From NCBI GenBank assembly GCA_964234715.1, contig OZ174276.1: a stretch of DNA of 64,000 bases; one strand, given 5' to 3'. Below the pieces are notes generated by a model. That model was not told the origin of the DNA, searched no databases, and worked only from the letters and a program-made list of their open reading frames with translations. The stretch comes from Podarcis melisellensis. Taxonomy: Eukaryota. Positions 10,911-23,301 of this stretch are shown one piece after another. Made by a program: the position numbers and the translations under genes. How positions within the stretch are numbered: position 1 is the first letter of the stretch; each line of letters opens with the position of its first letter.

Positions 10911-11349
10911 GGGACGGGGGTGGCACTATGGTCTAAACCATTGAACCTCTTGGGCTTGCCGATCGGAAGGTTGGTGGTTCAAAGCCCTGCAACCCACCTG
11001 CAATGGGGTGAGCTCCTGTTGCTCTGTCCCAGCTCCTGCCAACCTAGCAGTTTGAAAGCACCCCAGTGCAAGTAGATAAATAGGTACTGCTGTGACGGGA
11101 AGGTAAATGGCATTTCCATGCGCTCTGGTTTCCGTCACGGTGTTCTGCTGCACCAGAAGCAGTTTAGTCATGCCGGCCACATGACCCGGAAAGCTGTCTG
11201 TGGACCAATGCTGGCTCCGTCGGCCTGAAAGCGAGATGAGCGCCGCAACCCCATAGTCACCTTTGACTGGACTTAACTGTCCAGGGGTCCTTTGCCTTTC
11301 TTCTTCTTCTTCTTCTTCTTCTTCTTCTTCTTCTTCTTCTTCTTCTTCT
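10911..11349 (+). mobile_element. Sauria SINE (different subfamily) with (CTT)n tail
   Basis: Homologous head and body; ~17 CTT units at 11299-11349; TSD ACACAAGAGCA. Confidence 0.88.
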
Positions 11350-11662
11350 ACACAAGAGCAACTGGGTGAGGAACTCTGAGCTTCATTTCTGGAGTATTGC
11401 TGTTAACCCAGAACAGGATAACAGTGTCCATACTGTGTTGTTTCTCCTTCCAGTGGAAGTCATATGCTCCAGTGTGTAGCTTTGGAGAGAGTGACTGCAC
11501 ACAGAAAGGGGTCCTGGTCTTGCTAGGCTGTGACATACCTGCAAGGCAAGAAACCTCCACTTCCAAGCTGTGACCTGCATATGCTAATGACCAAGCAGCA
11601 ATCAGCATTCAAATACTACACCCAGGGGGTTAAACTGGCTCTTTAAAAAAAAAAAGGAAGTA

Positions 11663-11859
11663 TACTGGTACCCCTGGTTGCGAACGGGATCCATTCCGGA
11701 GGCCCGTTCGCAACATTAAGGAACACAACCCTCAGTAGCGCGTCTGCGCATGCGCGAGCAGCGAAACTCGGAAGTAACCCTTTCCGGTACTTCCGGGTCG
11801 CCACAGGACGCAACCTGAAAAAACGTAACATGAAGCAAACGTAACATGAGGTATGACTG
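11663..11859. mobile_element. Tc1/mariner-type MITE
   Basis: TA|TACTGGTACCC...GAGGTATGACTG|TA; homologous to the 3938 copy. Confidence 0.8.
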
Positions 11860-11969
11860 TAGCTTGAGGCTCGAATTCCTCTGAAACTGAGAGACACAAA
11901 GTACTGCACTGAGGGCAAATCCAAGTTCCCATTTGCAAGCCCTCACTTTGAGGGGAAATGCTTTTGTCT

Positions 11970-12238
11970 CAATCCGACCCGCGGATGGTCCAGGAATCAC
12001 GCGTTTTTACATGAGTAGAATGTGTCCTTTTATTTAAAATGCACCTCTAGGTTGTTTGTGGGGCCTGCCTGGTGTTTTTACATGAGTAGAATGTGTGCTT
12101 TTATGTAAAATGCATCTCTGGGTTATTTGTGAGGCATAGGAATTAGTTCATTCCCCCCCTTCAAAATATAGTCCGGCCCCCCACAAGGTCTGAGGGACAG
12201 TGGACTGGCCCCCTGCTGAAAATGTTTGCTGACCCCTG
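11970..12238. mobile_element. hAT-like non-autonomous element fragment with a ~72-bp internal tandem duplication
   Basis: Ends in GTTTGCTGACCCCTG (CAGGGGTC-type TIR); GTTTTTACATGAGTAGAATGTGT block present twice. Confidence 0.65.
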
Positions 12239-12343
12239 GTTAATCAAATCGGAAAAGCTTTTAAAGATCATTTGCTGCTCCTACCTGAGGGGGTTTGGTC
12301 GGGTAAAAAGACAAAACTATAGTCATCTCATAGTTTATTATAC

Positions 12344-12609
12344 CAGGGGTAGGAAACCGGAAACCTAAGGCCCATGGGCCAGGTCGTTTAACTGGCCCAC
12401 AAGCCGCCCCCGAACTGAGCCGCCTACTTGGTGAGTCTCCGGGTGCTGCGCTAAACCAGCACAGCGCGGGGACTCGCTTCCACAGCGCCAGAAATCGCAT
12501 CTGTGCAGACGCTGGAAATCGTGTCTGCGCCGAGGCCGGAAATTACAGCAATCTGGCCCACAGAGGGATCTCTACTGGAGTGAACTGGCCCAGGCAAGGT
12601 AAACCCCTG
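12344..12609. mobile_element. hAT-like MITE
   Basis: CAGGGGT...ACCCCTG ends; 8-bp flanks TATTATAC / GTTTATAC. Confidence 0.65.
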
Positions 12610-13256
12610 GTTTATACCTTACCTGAGGGTTGGTTTCTGGAATTTCGTTCCACTACGTCATCTTTAATAACAAAGAACCTCTCATAGGGCAGTTTTGGGA
12701 AGGGTGCTTTCTTGGTCAGTGATTTCCAAATTGCTACAACTGCTGGTATGCCAGGAGAAAAAGAAAAAAGGAAGCATCCAGCCCTGGCTCTGCCTCTTTC
12801 TAATCAGCCTCTGTTGAGATGGGTAATTCTGCCTTGGCTGTACAGCAGGTATGACTGGCTCATTCCAAAATTGCTCAGAGAGGCAGCAGAATTAGCTGCC
12901 CTTAGAGGACGCTCTGTCTGTAAAGTTTCTCCATTCAATGACTCCTGAAGAAACATGGGGTGGAGGGAGGGTTCCTTTGAAGGCAGGCCTTTGCACGCAC
13001 TCTAAAAAATGAAGCTAATTTGAAGAGTTAAGAATGAAGTGTGCCTCTCAGTTCAATTCAGGGGAATACATGTGACTTGATTATTAAAAGTTCAGGAAGC
13101 ACTGTTCTCAATTCCAGGCGGCAATTCCATTCACAATGGCAGGTTTCGAATCTATAGAATACTTGTTTGTAAGAGGATGGCATGTTGAAGTAACAATATG
13201 TACACATTGATGGTTCGGAGTGGTAATAATCTTCCCACCTATTCCGCCCCCTCTAG

Positions 13257-13357
13257 ATTTCTGAAGGAGTACTGTGAAAGAGGCTCTTTTTCAGACTTGG
13301 ATCTTATTGACAACTTGGGACCATCCATGCTGCTTAGTGATCGGCTGACATTTCTTG
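13257..13357 (+). CDS. NUP85: Nup85 coding exon
   Basis: ctctag|[35 protein letters not shown]|gtgaga; 101 nt. Confidence 0.94.
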
Positions 13358-14350
13358 GTGAGAGCTACTTCTTACAGCCTCTTTTAAAAAGGAACGGTAT
13401 GGTGCGCTGGGCGATGACACCACCACTTGAGGAAAATGGACTGAAATTCATTTTGAAGTGCATGCGCGAAGCAGTGCAAATTCCACATCTTGGAACAACC
13501 AACCATGAAACCACTTGTTATAGCCTTGCTTAGCTGGAGGACATAACAGTAGTCTTATCATGAGTAACTAGACAGAGACTTTCTAAGACGTTTCCTCTTT
13601 ACGTCACAAAAGGCATATTTGTTTTTTTAAAAACCACAGGAAACAAATGCTTCCAGGTGTGGTAGCACTAATGTTGCTGGCTTGTAGCTCAGACAACCAC
13701 AGGAACGGATCCTTCCTCTGTGTGTCTTGCATCAGTGTGATGGCAAATTGAATTGAGGTTTTCTTATTGATAATCCAGTGGAGGTTTCAAGGATTCCAGG
13801 GAACTAATAATAAAATAGGACAACGTGGCTGGATCTGGCAATATGTAACTACTGATTTGTTTTTTTTAACAGAAATAGTTGAAAGGTGAGATTTTCAGGG
13901 CTTTGAAAGCTGGTCCAGTTTGTATCAATAGCTGCAAATACTTTTTAAAGACTCCCTGAGATGTAGTGATTGTTTTCACTCTTTCTCAGCCATTGCCATC
14001 CTGGTGACTTCCAGATGTTTTGACTGGCAGGGTTGATGGGAGTTGTAGCCCAAAATATCTGGAGGGCACCAGATGTTGGCAAAGCCTGCTGTGCATTATG
14101 GAAACAGTTCAGTAGCAATTGATCATGAGTTGTTCCATTGATATGAATGGGGCTTAATTAATTTTAGTAGTTGTTGATTGCAACTGCCTCCTTTACTGGA
14201 TTGCCACCAGAAATTTCAGCTTCCCTAAATGACCAAGATGCTAGGTGGTCATAATGCAGTTTTAATGGATCTGTCTTAAGAAATGGCTTTGCAAGCTGAC
14301 GGTGTGGTATCCTGAAAATGTAACAGGGCTGAATTAATGTTTGGATACAG

Positions 14351-14502
14351 GGAAGTACCGGGAATTTCATCGGATGTATGGCGAGAAGCGATTCTGTGCA
14401 GCGGCTAAGCTGCTGTTGACATTGATGACAGCTCGTATTGCTCCTTGCTCCTTTTGGATGACCTTACTGACTGATGCACTTCCGCTCCTGGAGCAGAAAG
14501 AG
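14351..14502 (+). CDS. NUP85: Nup85 coding exon (GC donor)
   Basis: atacag|[52 protein letters not shown]|gcaagt; 152 nt; donor is AG|GCAAGT. Confidence 0.9.
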
Positions 14503-15225
14503 GCAAGTGTGATATTTCGGAACAGTAGAAATACCTGCCGGTGGTGGTGATGGTCTAAGGAATGTCCCCACTTTCCTGGGTAAACTAATCACTTGACAGG
14601 GAAGCATGAGACCCTGTGCTCCCACCCCAAATAGCTTTCAGCAAAAGCCCAGAGAGCTCCAGAGCTGTATGGTTGTGAAGATTCACAGTGGCAGCAGATA
14701 GGCAGCCAAGTGCACTCTGTGTAATTGCTAAAACTCCGTCTAGTGTTCACAGGGGAGATGGATGTGTGACCTTCCTCTTTGATCATCTGCTTCTTCAAAG
14801 AAACAGACTCATTACTGAAAGAGCTTTAGCGTTCCTGCAGATGGGTTCAGTTAACCTTGATACTAAGCTGTAAGTCATGAAGTTTCCCCTGAGGTTCTCT
14901 GCCCATTTCTCAAGGGCTTGCATTTCAGCAAGCTGGTTAACTCTGAATCCTTTTCAGTTGGACAAAAATGGAAATGGTGCTCTACAGAAATCAGTTGGCC
15001 TTGGTCTACAGCACCCAACCATCAATTTGCAACACTTTTCCTAAAAGCCACAACCAGGCTGAGGAAACCAAAGTGTAGATATTCAGCTTTTAAATCTCAT
15101 TGGTCACTGAGATTCACGTTTAGATGCATGACCTGCCACACATCAGCGGCTTGAAAGTCCGCCTCCAGTAAATAAATGCTGGAAGAAATTACAGTTGTAT
15201 GAAGGTAACTACTGTTTTCCTCCAG

Positions 15226-15312
15226 GTGATATTCTCTGCTGAACAGACATACGAACTGATGAAATGCTTGGAAGATGTGATGGCAGCGGAATCGAAAAAC
15301 CAGAAGCTCCAG
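15226..15312 (+). CDS. NUP85: Nup85 coding exon
   Basis: cctccag|VIFSAEQTYELMKCLEDVMAAESKNQKLQ|gtaatc; 87 nt. Confidence 0.93.
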
Positions 15313-16135
15313 GTAATCTTGTCCCAGACCTTGGCTTCATATCATAGTTTGTTTGGAGGGAAACTAATCGGTCTCCGGTTCATAAGATAGCACTAAGCCA
15401 TGAACCTTGGTTTTTTGCTTCTTGGGGAAAGAATAAAGTAGGAGTCACCTGCATGTTCACAAACTATTAACTATGTTTCACCATGATGTGTGAATGCAGC
15501 CTCATCCTTTTCCTTGAGCCCTTGGAGAAGTGCAGAGGGCTCAGAAAAATGACCTGAATTTTCTCTCACATGTGGCGTAGCTTGAGAAAAGGCTGAAACA
15601 GCAGAGGAAACATCTACTGATCCCCGCAGCCTAAGAGTGTTTTATGAAAAAGTTGTGGTCTCAAGGTAGTAAAATGGAAGAATTCATAGCAAGTTACATG
15701 ATGTATGGCTGTTTCTAGCAAGTTGGAACTTAGCCATTTTTAGAACAAGGGAAAGAAACCCGAGAGACACTTGGTTCCATGCAATCCTATTTTTTTGTGA
15801 CTGTATTCATAACACCTTGAAAGATGCTTCCACATGTTGAATGCAAACTAACAGGAAGCGCTTTCTTTCCCAACAGCCATAAAATAAGCTGGCAGAAGAA
15901 TGCTTAGTAATGTGTAAATTGCAGCTCACATACAAAATATCAGTTTAAATGACAGTAGATTAGCATATTTCAGGGATGATGAACCTCTGGCCTATTTTGG
16001 ACCACCAGGCAAGCCACACAAATCTGCCTTACACCTGACATATATGACATGACGTGTGGGGCAGATAAAGGCAGGGCTTGGCCTCATGAGATGCTGTCCA
16101 ATTTGGTGAACTCCTAAGATTCTTTCTGTTTCCAG

Positions 16136-16237
16136 GAGGATGATGCTGAGACCATGAAGGTGGAAATGCTGAGAATTGGTCTAGCACGAAACCTTGCACG
16201 AGCCATTGTCAAAGAAGGCACACTGGAAGAATCATGA
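16136..16237 (+). CDS. NUP85: Nup85 last coding exon
   Basis: tttccag|[36 protein letters not shown]. Confidence 0.94.
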   Translation, partial: EDDAETMKVEMLRIGLARNLARAIVKEGTLEES

Positions 16238-16312
16238 GATCACTTTATTGGAGTGGCTCACAAACTTAGCGTCAATTACTTACTGTACATATCATGGCTG
16301 TTTTTTTCTAGG

Positions 16313-16318
16313 AATAAA
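16313..16318 (+). terminator. Putative NUP85 polyadenylation signal AATAAA
   Basis: First AATAAA 75 nt after the stop, with TGTA upstream and T-rich sequence downstream; a second AATAAA lies near 16556. Confidence 0.65.
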
Positions 16319-16904
16319 TGTCATCTTTTGCACTTTTCTTTTTAAAATTGCCTTTTGTAACATAAAACAGTGGAAGAGGAAATTCCTTTTTCCAGTGAAT
16401 TCAAGGGAAATTGAGCTTTCTGCTCTCCTAGACTTCAACAACTTAAGATTACTTAAAGTAAGTAACCTCCTAAAGTGACCTAATAATCAACATCTAGATC
16501 TAGTCCATTTGATAATCTAAAACCAACCCAAATCTCCATTCATGCAGAATCGAGGAATAAAAATTATTTAGAACTTTTTTTACCCAAGAAGCAGCTTTAA
16601 TTCTAATTTGCAGGCACAGAAAATTTTCGGCATCCTTACTATCCCCCCATTCCACTGAATGAAGCTGTGTAGCTCAGCTTTTAAAATAAACTACACAACT
16701 TTCATCCAAGCCCCCATCTCCTAAACTCTGAGCATTATTTAATCACAGGATGCTTCTGCTTTGGTGAAGGATCTGGTTTTATTCTGACTATTGTTCTTAA
16801 GAGAAACAATACTATGCGGTTGAGTCCTAGGAGTTAGGGATGGGGGGAACACCCTACAGTATTAACTGGCAGCAAGGCAGGTGAAGCAGAGTAGAGAAAG
16901 CAAT

Positions 16905-16910
16905 TTTATT
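16905..16910 (-). terminator. Putative GGA3 polyadenylation signal AATAAA (minus strand)
   Basis: tttatt on +; would end a ~2 kb 3'UTR with no recognisable repeats, converging on NUP85. Confidence 0.5.
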
Positions 16911-18914
16911 GAACGTGCAGAAAAACAAGAACTTCCGAGACATATTTACAGTCTTTTGCGTGTTTGGTAGGAAGCTGCAACTTCAGCCTATGAACAAGTA
17001 ACATTCATAAATAACTTCTGAAGCTTCTAACAGTACATTTCCACACAGTGAGACGACGGGATCTTGCTACTGGGCTTGTACAGCATGGGTATGGCAGCAC
17101 TGCTGACATTGAGAAAGCACTTGTGCTTCCCCCCTCCCCCCTGGTTTCCTCAGTGAGAGAGAGAGACTTGCTCATAGGCAAGCTGTAGCAGTGAAACCTG
17201 CTCTCTATAGATATGCTATGGGAGCTGGGCAGACTTGCTAAGCAAAAACGAGACAGCAGAGAGACTGAAATACGGGAGAGGACCAGATCAAGAGGCAGAA
17301 GAAATGCCGCCCTGTTCTCAGCCGCTAAACATAGCGGACGCTTTCCTCCCAAGTCTCTCCTTTTGTTCATATGGACCATGTCTGTCCCTTTCTGGACAGT
17401 TCCAAGTCTGTACACAAGTCTGAACCCTCCCAATAACTGCTGAAGCTCTTTACGCTGCAACAGATTAGGTTGCACTGCCTATAAACCCTTAGCCCAGTGA
17501 GTACCCCAAGCCTTTGTAGGAGACAATTGTTCCAGGTCACCGTTAAATCTCTTCCGTGTTAAGTACAAGGTGTCCAGAAAATTAGAATGGCTGTTTGTAA
17601 GACTGGCTGAGCTTTTAAGAAACGTGATTAATTCAGCTTAAGCCAGATTTCCACCTTCAGATCAGAGTGGCAAGAAGTACTGTTTTTTTGAAAGGATATT
17701 TCAGATCAAAAATAATTGTAGTAGATCAGAGGAAGTGACTACTAGACCCAAAGCAGTGATATTCACTTTATGGCTTACATGCCATATGTTGGACTATTAG
17801 TCCGACTGACTCAACACAGGGATCTCCTCCTGGAGACAATTGCACTTAACCACTTAATATTTGGAATGAATAAAATACAATATAATCAATTCAGCACATG
17901 CATTGTCATGGCTTCTGTTTCCCCTTATCTGTAGGTCTGGTGTTTTCCTATAGCTCTATGTACATTGTATAATTCCTAACTACTAATACTGCCCTTGAAA
18001 GAAGAATCAAGCTCTTAGATGCATCATTTCCTACCTTTGACCCTGATCGACAGATGCACCAAGAGTGGATGCCCTCGCTTTCTCCCCAAGCTCCCCACTG
18101 GAGCAGTGGACAAACTGTGCCTTTGTGACTCTGTCATAGTTTTTACCCCCCCCCCCATGGAATACAGTTGTTGAATGCTGAGGGGAAACCGACTGTAGAG
18201 CCATGTGCGTCCAAAATGTAGCAGCTGCCTAGAAAGCGCACATTGCAGAGTCAGCTGGAAGTATAAAATCAAAGGCAGCAGATTGAGAGCGATGTGTTTT
18301 TACACTCACGTGTGGCATGTATAAAATAATACAGCTTGTTTATTCACTTGTATGAGCTGTGCTGGCTTTTGGGGTAGATGTTGCCTTACAAAAGAAAACG
18401 GGAGTGTCAGGTCATGGCAGAAACCTCCCCTTGTGGAGCTTGTGTTTATTACCCAGCAAGCCTGCAGGTGGGTCCTAGGTTCTGGCACCAAGGAGGTAAA
18501 AAACAAAACAAAAAACCGAGCACAGGAACATCTGTTAGGGCTCTGCCCCAAAGAAACTTACGAAGGCATCATAGCCCTTTGGAGACATCTGGCCAACACT
18601 GAGGGAAGAGTGCTCCGTTTCTGCTTACGAAGCTCACCAGAATGATCAGATTTCAAGTTTAGCAAAGTGGAAGATAGAACCGGATTGGCCAAAGTAAAGA
18701 AACCATCCAGGCCTCTACTTGTGGCTGCCTACACAAGTTCATGCTCTGTGTTCATGCCCCCGACCGCTTTACCCCAGAGTGCAGGAAACATTCTGGACTA
18801 AAGCTACAAGTGGAGTGGACAGGACATGTTAAACAAAGCTCAATATCGCTGCCGGATACCACTTGCGCCCTTTCCATTTCACATTCGTTCCAGTCCCTTT
18901 GGGGTGCCTCTGGG

Positions 18915-19025
18915 TCATAGGTTTCCCCACTGCTCAACTGGGGGGAACTGATCCACCTCCCCCACTTCTGTGCTGGGCTGGTCTCCTAACGCGAAAGTCA
19001 GTCGGTACCTCAGCCTCACCTTCTC
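18915..19025 (-). CDS. GGA3: GGA3 exon 17 (GAE domain end, stop)
   Basis: cttgcag|EKVRLRYRLTFALGDQPSTEVGEVDQFPPVEQWGNL-TGA. Confidence 0.95.
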   Translation of the reverse strand, partial: EKVRLRYRLTFALGDQPSTEVGEVDQFPPVEQWGNL

Positions 19026-19367
19026 CTGCAAGGAAGAAGGAAACAACATAAAGCTGCAGTCAAGAATACAGAGTAGAAAGACAGAGGAGCCTGGAACAAG
19101 GTTGGCGCGTGCCACGACGTTATCTGAGCACTAGCAGGGCTGAGCAATAGTTTGTCTGATACTTTACAAACCGGGGCAACAAATTCCTGGAAAAAGAACA
19201 ATGCACAAATTCTATATCCAGTTCTGTCCAAAGTTGTAAAGCTGAAAAACGCATTAGGCAGAAGAAAAGCAAGCATGGGACATCCTTTCATATTCCCTAA
19301 GTGTGGCGGTAGGCAGAAAAGAAATCTGCTGATACAACAGTATAATACAGAATTGTAGAGAGAGATA

Positions 19368-19561
19368 CAGTAGTACCTTGTTTTGTCTAGCCGAAAAGGA
19401 CGCTAGACAAAGTGCCGCTTCTGCGCACAGTGCGATTTAGTGCTTCTGTGCATGCGCGAGCAGTGAATCCAGAAGTAACCCGTTCCGATACTTATGGGTT
19501 TGCCGCAGACGTTCGATGGAACGGGCGCTCGACGAGACGGACGTTCGACGAGGTACCACTG
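19368..19561. mobile_element. Tc1/mariner-type MITE (older copy)
   Basis: TA|CAGTAGTACCTTG...CGAGGTACCACTG|TA. Confidence 0.8.
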
Positions 19562-20196
19562 TATGTGTCTCTCCATCTTACAAGTAGAGCCGTAGCTCTA
19601 ATTCTCAGACTATGGACTGTGCAACACAGCTATTTCAAGGAAGATGTAAGATGTGCACCTGTCTTTCTCGCTTTGAGAGTCACAAATGAATAGTGACTTC
19701 TGCTTGTGCAATGGGACCATGCCCCCCCCTCCTGCACACACCCTACATTCCCCAAAATAGGCAAGGGGGGAACCCCCAGAAAAGTACACGGGGAAGAGGA
19801 GAACTGCCTGCCTGCAGACTGAAATGCTTTGCCTGAGGAACCTTAGTATGATGTTGAATTCCTCCTTTCAGATCAGTAACATCCTAGATTCTAGAAAACA
19901 GCACTTTTATCTTCCACCAGCAGTTGGCCAGATGATTATGGTAGCTCACCAGAAGAGCACAAAGGGTATGTAGGCTTCCCCATTCCCTGTTGTCACTTGG
20001 GACTCAAATTTTAACTCCCTTGGAACATGGATATCAGAGCAAAGGGGTCTGTCTGCTGCAAGATCACTCTCAACTCTGCTCAAGACAACCATGAGCAGAA
20101 ACAGAACATTTGATCTAAATGGTCTACTTGTGTAGAATATGGCAATATCCCTTCACTAAGAAAAGGTGGAGAAATTGTGAATGCAAGTCTTCTCAC

Positions 20197-20307
20197 CTTC
20201 CTTGGATTTGCCAGCAGCATGACCTGAGTGATCGCAGCTGGCGGCTGGATAGGATTGAATGGAGCTAGCTCTGTCCCCGAAGGTGGCTGCAACTTCACTT
20301 TCATGGA
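20197..20307 (-). CDS. GGA3: GGA3 exon 16 (GAE)
   Basis: ctgcag|SMKVKLQPPSGTELAPFNPIQPPAAITQVMLLANPRK|gtgaga; 111 nt. Confidence 0.95.
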
Positions 20308-20783
20308 CTGCAGATTAAAAAGCAAAGGAGAAAATCTTATTGAGAGCAGTGGTTTGTGCAGAAATAAAAGTCATGTTGCATCACTGAACACAAATATATT
20401 AAGGGAAGCGGGCGTGTTTACTGAGCACTGACTAAACCATAAAAGCAAATATTTGTCTAGTGGACTTAACAGGATGGAGACACTAACTGACACCTTAATT
20501 CTAAACTCATTACATGGATGCAAGCCCCATGGATTCGGTGGAATTTTATTCCAACCAAAGATGCTTAGGACCGAGGCCTAAGACAGTAGCTTGCAACAAC
20601 TATCCTGTAATGTTGCAGCAGATAAAATATGCTATTCGATAGAATCAGCTGGAAAGTAAGTCTGGTCCCAACCTCCTGACCCAGCAGGATTTGCCTGCAT
20701 GAGCAGCTCTTGATCTCTCCTCCGGCAACAAGAGGATGCTGGTCTCTTCCCCTATTGGTGCCTGAGAACGGCCATCTTGGTAC

Positions 20784-20953
20784 CTTTGGCACTGCTGCTT
20801 GTAGCACAATGTTCTTGATAGGAAGGGGTGCTGTGTTTAACATCGAAACCACCACTACCAACACATCGGGCCGTCCGGGGGGGCACTCCTTGGCAAAATG
20901 CAGGAGGATGCGCAAACCGTTCTTGTCATAAGCCGTCACAGGAAGAGCACTGC
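20784..20953 (-). CDS. GGA3: GGA3 exon 15 (GAE)
   Basis: ttgcag|GC SALPVTAYDKNGLRILLHFAKECPPGRPDVLVVVVSMLNTAPLPIKNIVLQAAVPK|gtacca; 170 nt. Confidence 0.95.
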
Positions 20954-21624
20954 CTGCAAGGGGGAGAAGGTGCTTACATGACACAACAATGCATATTGGG
21001 AGCTGTGTTAAGAGAATCTGCAAAGCCTCTATTCTGAACAAAAGCGTCATCTCTAAAGCGGATGCTGATGAGATGGTCCCTAAAAGTAGGTGCAAAAACC
21101 TCTTGACTTTCATATATTTCTGTTTGGGCAGATTTTGCCCCAGAGAGAAATAAGTCTGCTCCAGATACACCAGTGTCCTTGAAAGGTTAATTATACACCT
21201 TCCTTAGATGTGATCCTTGTTCCAGCCTGGATTGTATTCTGGCAGGAAACCTGGGATATTGCACTGTAATCTAACCCACACATCCTACTAATACCACTAG
21301 AAGATAGGAAGCAACTTGAGGCAAATGTGAAGATGTACTAGGTGAGACCAACACAGCTGGAGGCTCACAGGCTCCCCATCCCTGCTTGAAGCAAATACTG
21401 GCTAGCAGTTTTCAAAGCTTTTCCTTTCAACCATAAGATCATTGTCACACTAAAAGCATGATGATTCTCCTTGAGGGAGGGGGCCTAATAGGGAGTAGAA
21501 TGGAGCCATGCAGAGTTCCCAAACCCCTCTCCCTCTACACCCCCAAAAGACTTCAGGACAATAGCTTGGGTTTGTAAAAAAAATATTCCTAACTCTCCAA
21601 ATTATGAAAATAAGGAGGCTTTGA

Positions 21625-21781
21625 TTGATTTATTGATTGAATTTATATTCCGCCTTATACCTGGAGGCCTTAGGATGGCTCACAGAACAAAACCAAACCA
21701 CAAAACCACAAAATATATAATCAAAATAAAAACACGACCCCAATAACCCCCCCAAAAAATCCCAGATTTTAAAAGGGCATG
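21625..21781 (-). mobile_element. LINE (L2-like) 3'-end-derived repeat
   Basis: Reverse-complement homology to 47388-47555. Confidence 0.5.
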
Positions 21782-21849
21782 AACTAAATGAACTGAAACA
21801 TGCAATCCAGTATCAGCAGTAAGCAATAAAAAATATTTGGGATGCCTAC

Positions 21850-22115
21850 TTGGCTTAATGGACTCCAGTGGGACATGAACGTTGCCCAGGGAGATCTCAG
21901 GTCCTTTCAGAGGACTTCCTTGTTGCTGGAAGGAGGCTGGCTGGAAGAGGGGGCTTCCTGACCTGACAGGGCAGCTGCCTGGGTATGGAAGTGGAGGGAC
22001 TCCTGGAGCTGCAATGGGCAGCCCTGAAGCGGATGTAAGAGGTGCAGCAGCAGCAGCGGGCAATGCAACTCCACCAGGGAAGACAGAGGCACCTAGGTTT
22101 GCTTGAGCTGAAGGT
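21850..22115 (-). CDS. GGA3: GGA3 exon 14 (hinge to GAE)
   Basis: ttccag|A PSAQANLG...GPEISLGNVHVPLESIKP A|gtaggc; 266 nt, phases fit neighbours. Confidence 0.88.
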
Positions 22116-23011
22116 CTGGAATGGAGCGGAAAACAAATGCAGGTTAAAAAAGAAAATGAATGCAAAGAAACATACTGAATGTCTCTGGTACCTAGTCTGC
22201 ACCTATTCCCCGCCCACTCTGTATAAAGCACTTAGAGTGAGCATGTGTAACTGCTCCCTCCTACAAATAGCAATTGTCCTTTGAAAAGCCAGTGTTGCCC
22301 ACCACTGCCTGGTTCTGTGCCCTGCAGATTGATGGGGCTGAATGAAGAAATGAATGCGTCTGCATTAACATGGGGAGGCAGAGTACCTGCCTGCCAAAAT
22401 CCCTCTTAAGTAAAATCTCCTGCAGCATGGCAGTGAAATGCCACAAATGATGTCCATGTGGCGCAGGTACTTGGCTCAGTCAAAAAGTGTTTGCTGGCCC
22501 CACCAGTCAACCGATAGCAAAGCCCTGTGCAAAGTTACCCACATGGCTATCGGGCCTCTCACTTCTTTGCCTTGCAAGACTCAGCCATCAGCTCATCAGT
22601 TGCAGTTTGTGGACTGTGCCTTTGCTGGCATGGCTGCATTTCAAACACGGCAGGTGAAAGGCAAAGTCATTGTGCTCTCAGGTGACTGAGAGGTGGGCAG
22701 CCCTGGGGTGTGGGAGAAAATAGTGATCTGGCCAATTGGCCAGATACAGTTCCCTGCTCCCGACGTAGAAGAGGTGTCCAAATCTTCTTCCCTGGGGCAG
22801 AAGCATCCCTTCATTCAATCTGCCCTTGATGTACGGCAAAGGCAGAGACTCTGCAACTCTTCCCATGTTAAGATTGCAGGTCCCATCATCCCTGACCACT
22901 GGCCATACTTGCCGGGACCAATGAAAACTGAAGTCCCACCTAAGAGCCGGGGAGGAAAATCTGATTCATAGCAGCAATTATTTCCAAGCAGAAAGGAGGA
23001 GAAAACCTTAC

Positions 23012-23301
23012 CCTTTGCTCTCGTCCAGATGTCCTATGGGATCCATGTTGTGCAGATCACCACTTCCCATAGCAGAGCCCAGGTACCCAGGGGCACCTGA
23101 CATTGCATTGGACGGTCCCAGTGGTGCCGCAGCAGAGAATATGAAAGGGGCTGAGGTAGGGGCAGGCTGTGGGGCTGTGAATGTGGAGGCAAGAGAGGCT
23201 GACGTTCTACCCGTGGGCTGTGACAGGGCAGGGAGAAGAGGTGAGTTACAGGCAACGGAAGCTGGTTTTGGGTTCAAGAAGTCCAGATCGACTGGTTCAT
23301 T
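23012..23301 (-). CDS. GGA3: GGA3 exon 13 (hinge)
   Basis: ttgcag|NEPVDLDFLNPKP...IGHLDESK GG|gtaagg; 290 nt. Confidence 0.88.

Noticed and set aside
17005-17475. 156-aa minus-strand ORF in the GGA3 3'UTR
   Set aside because: No recognisable domain or splice context; consistent with chance.
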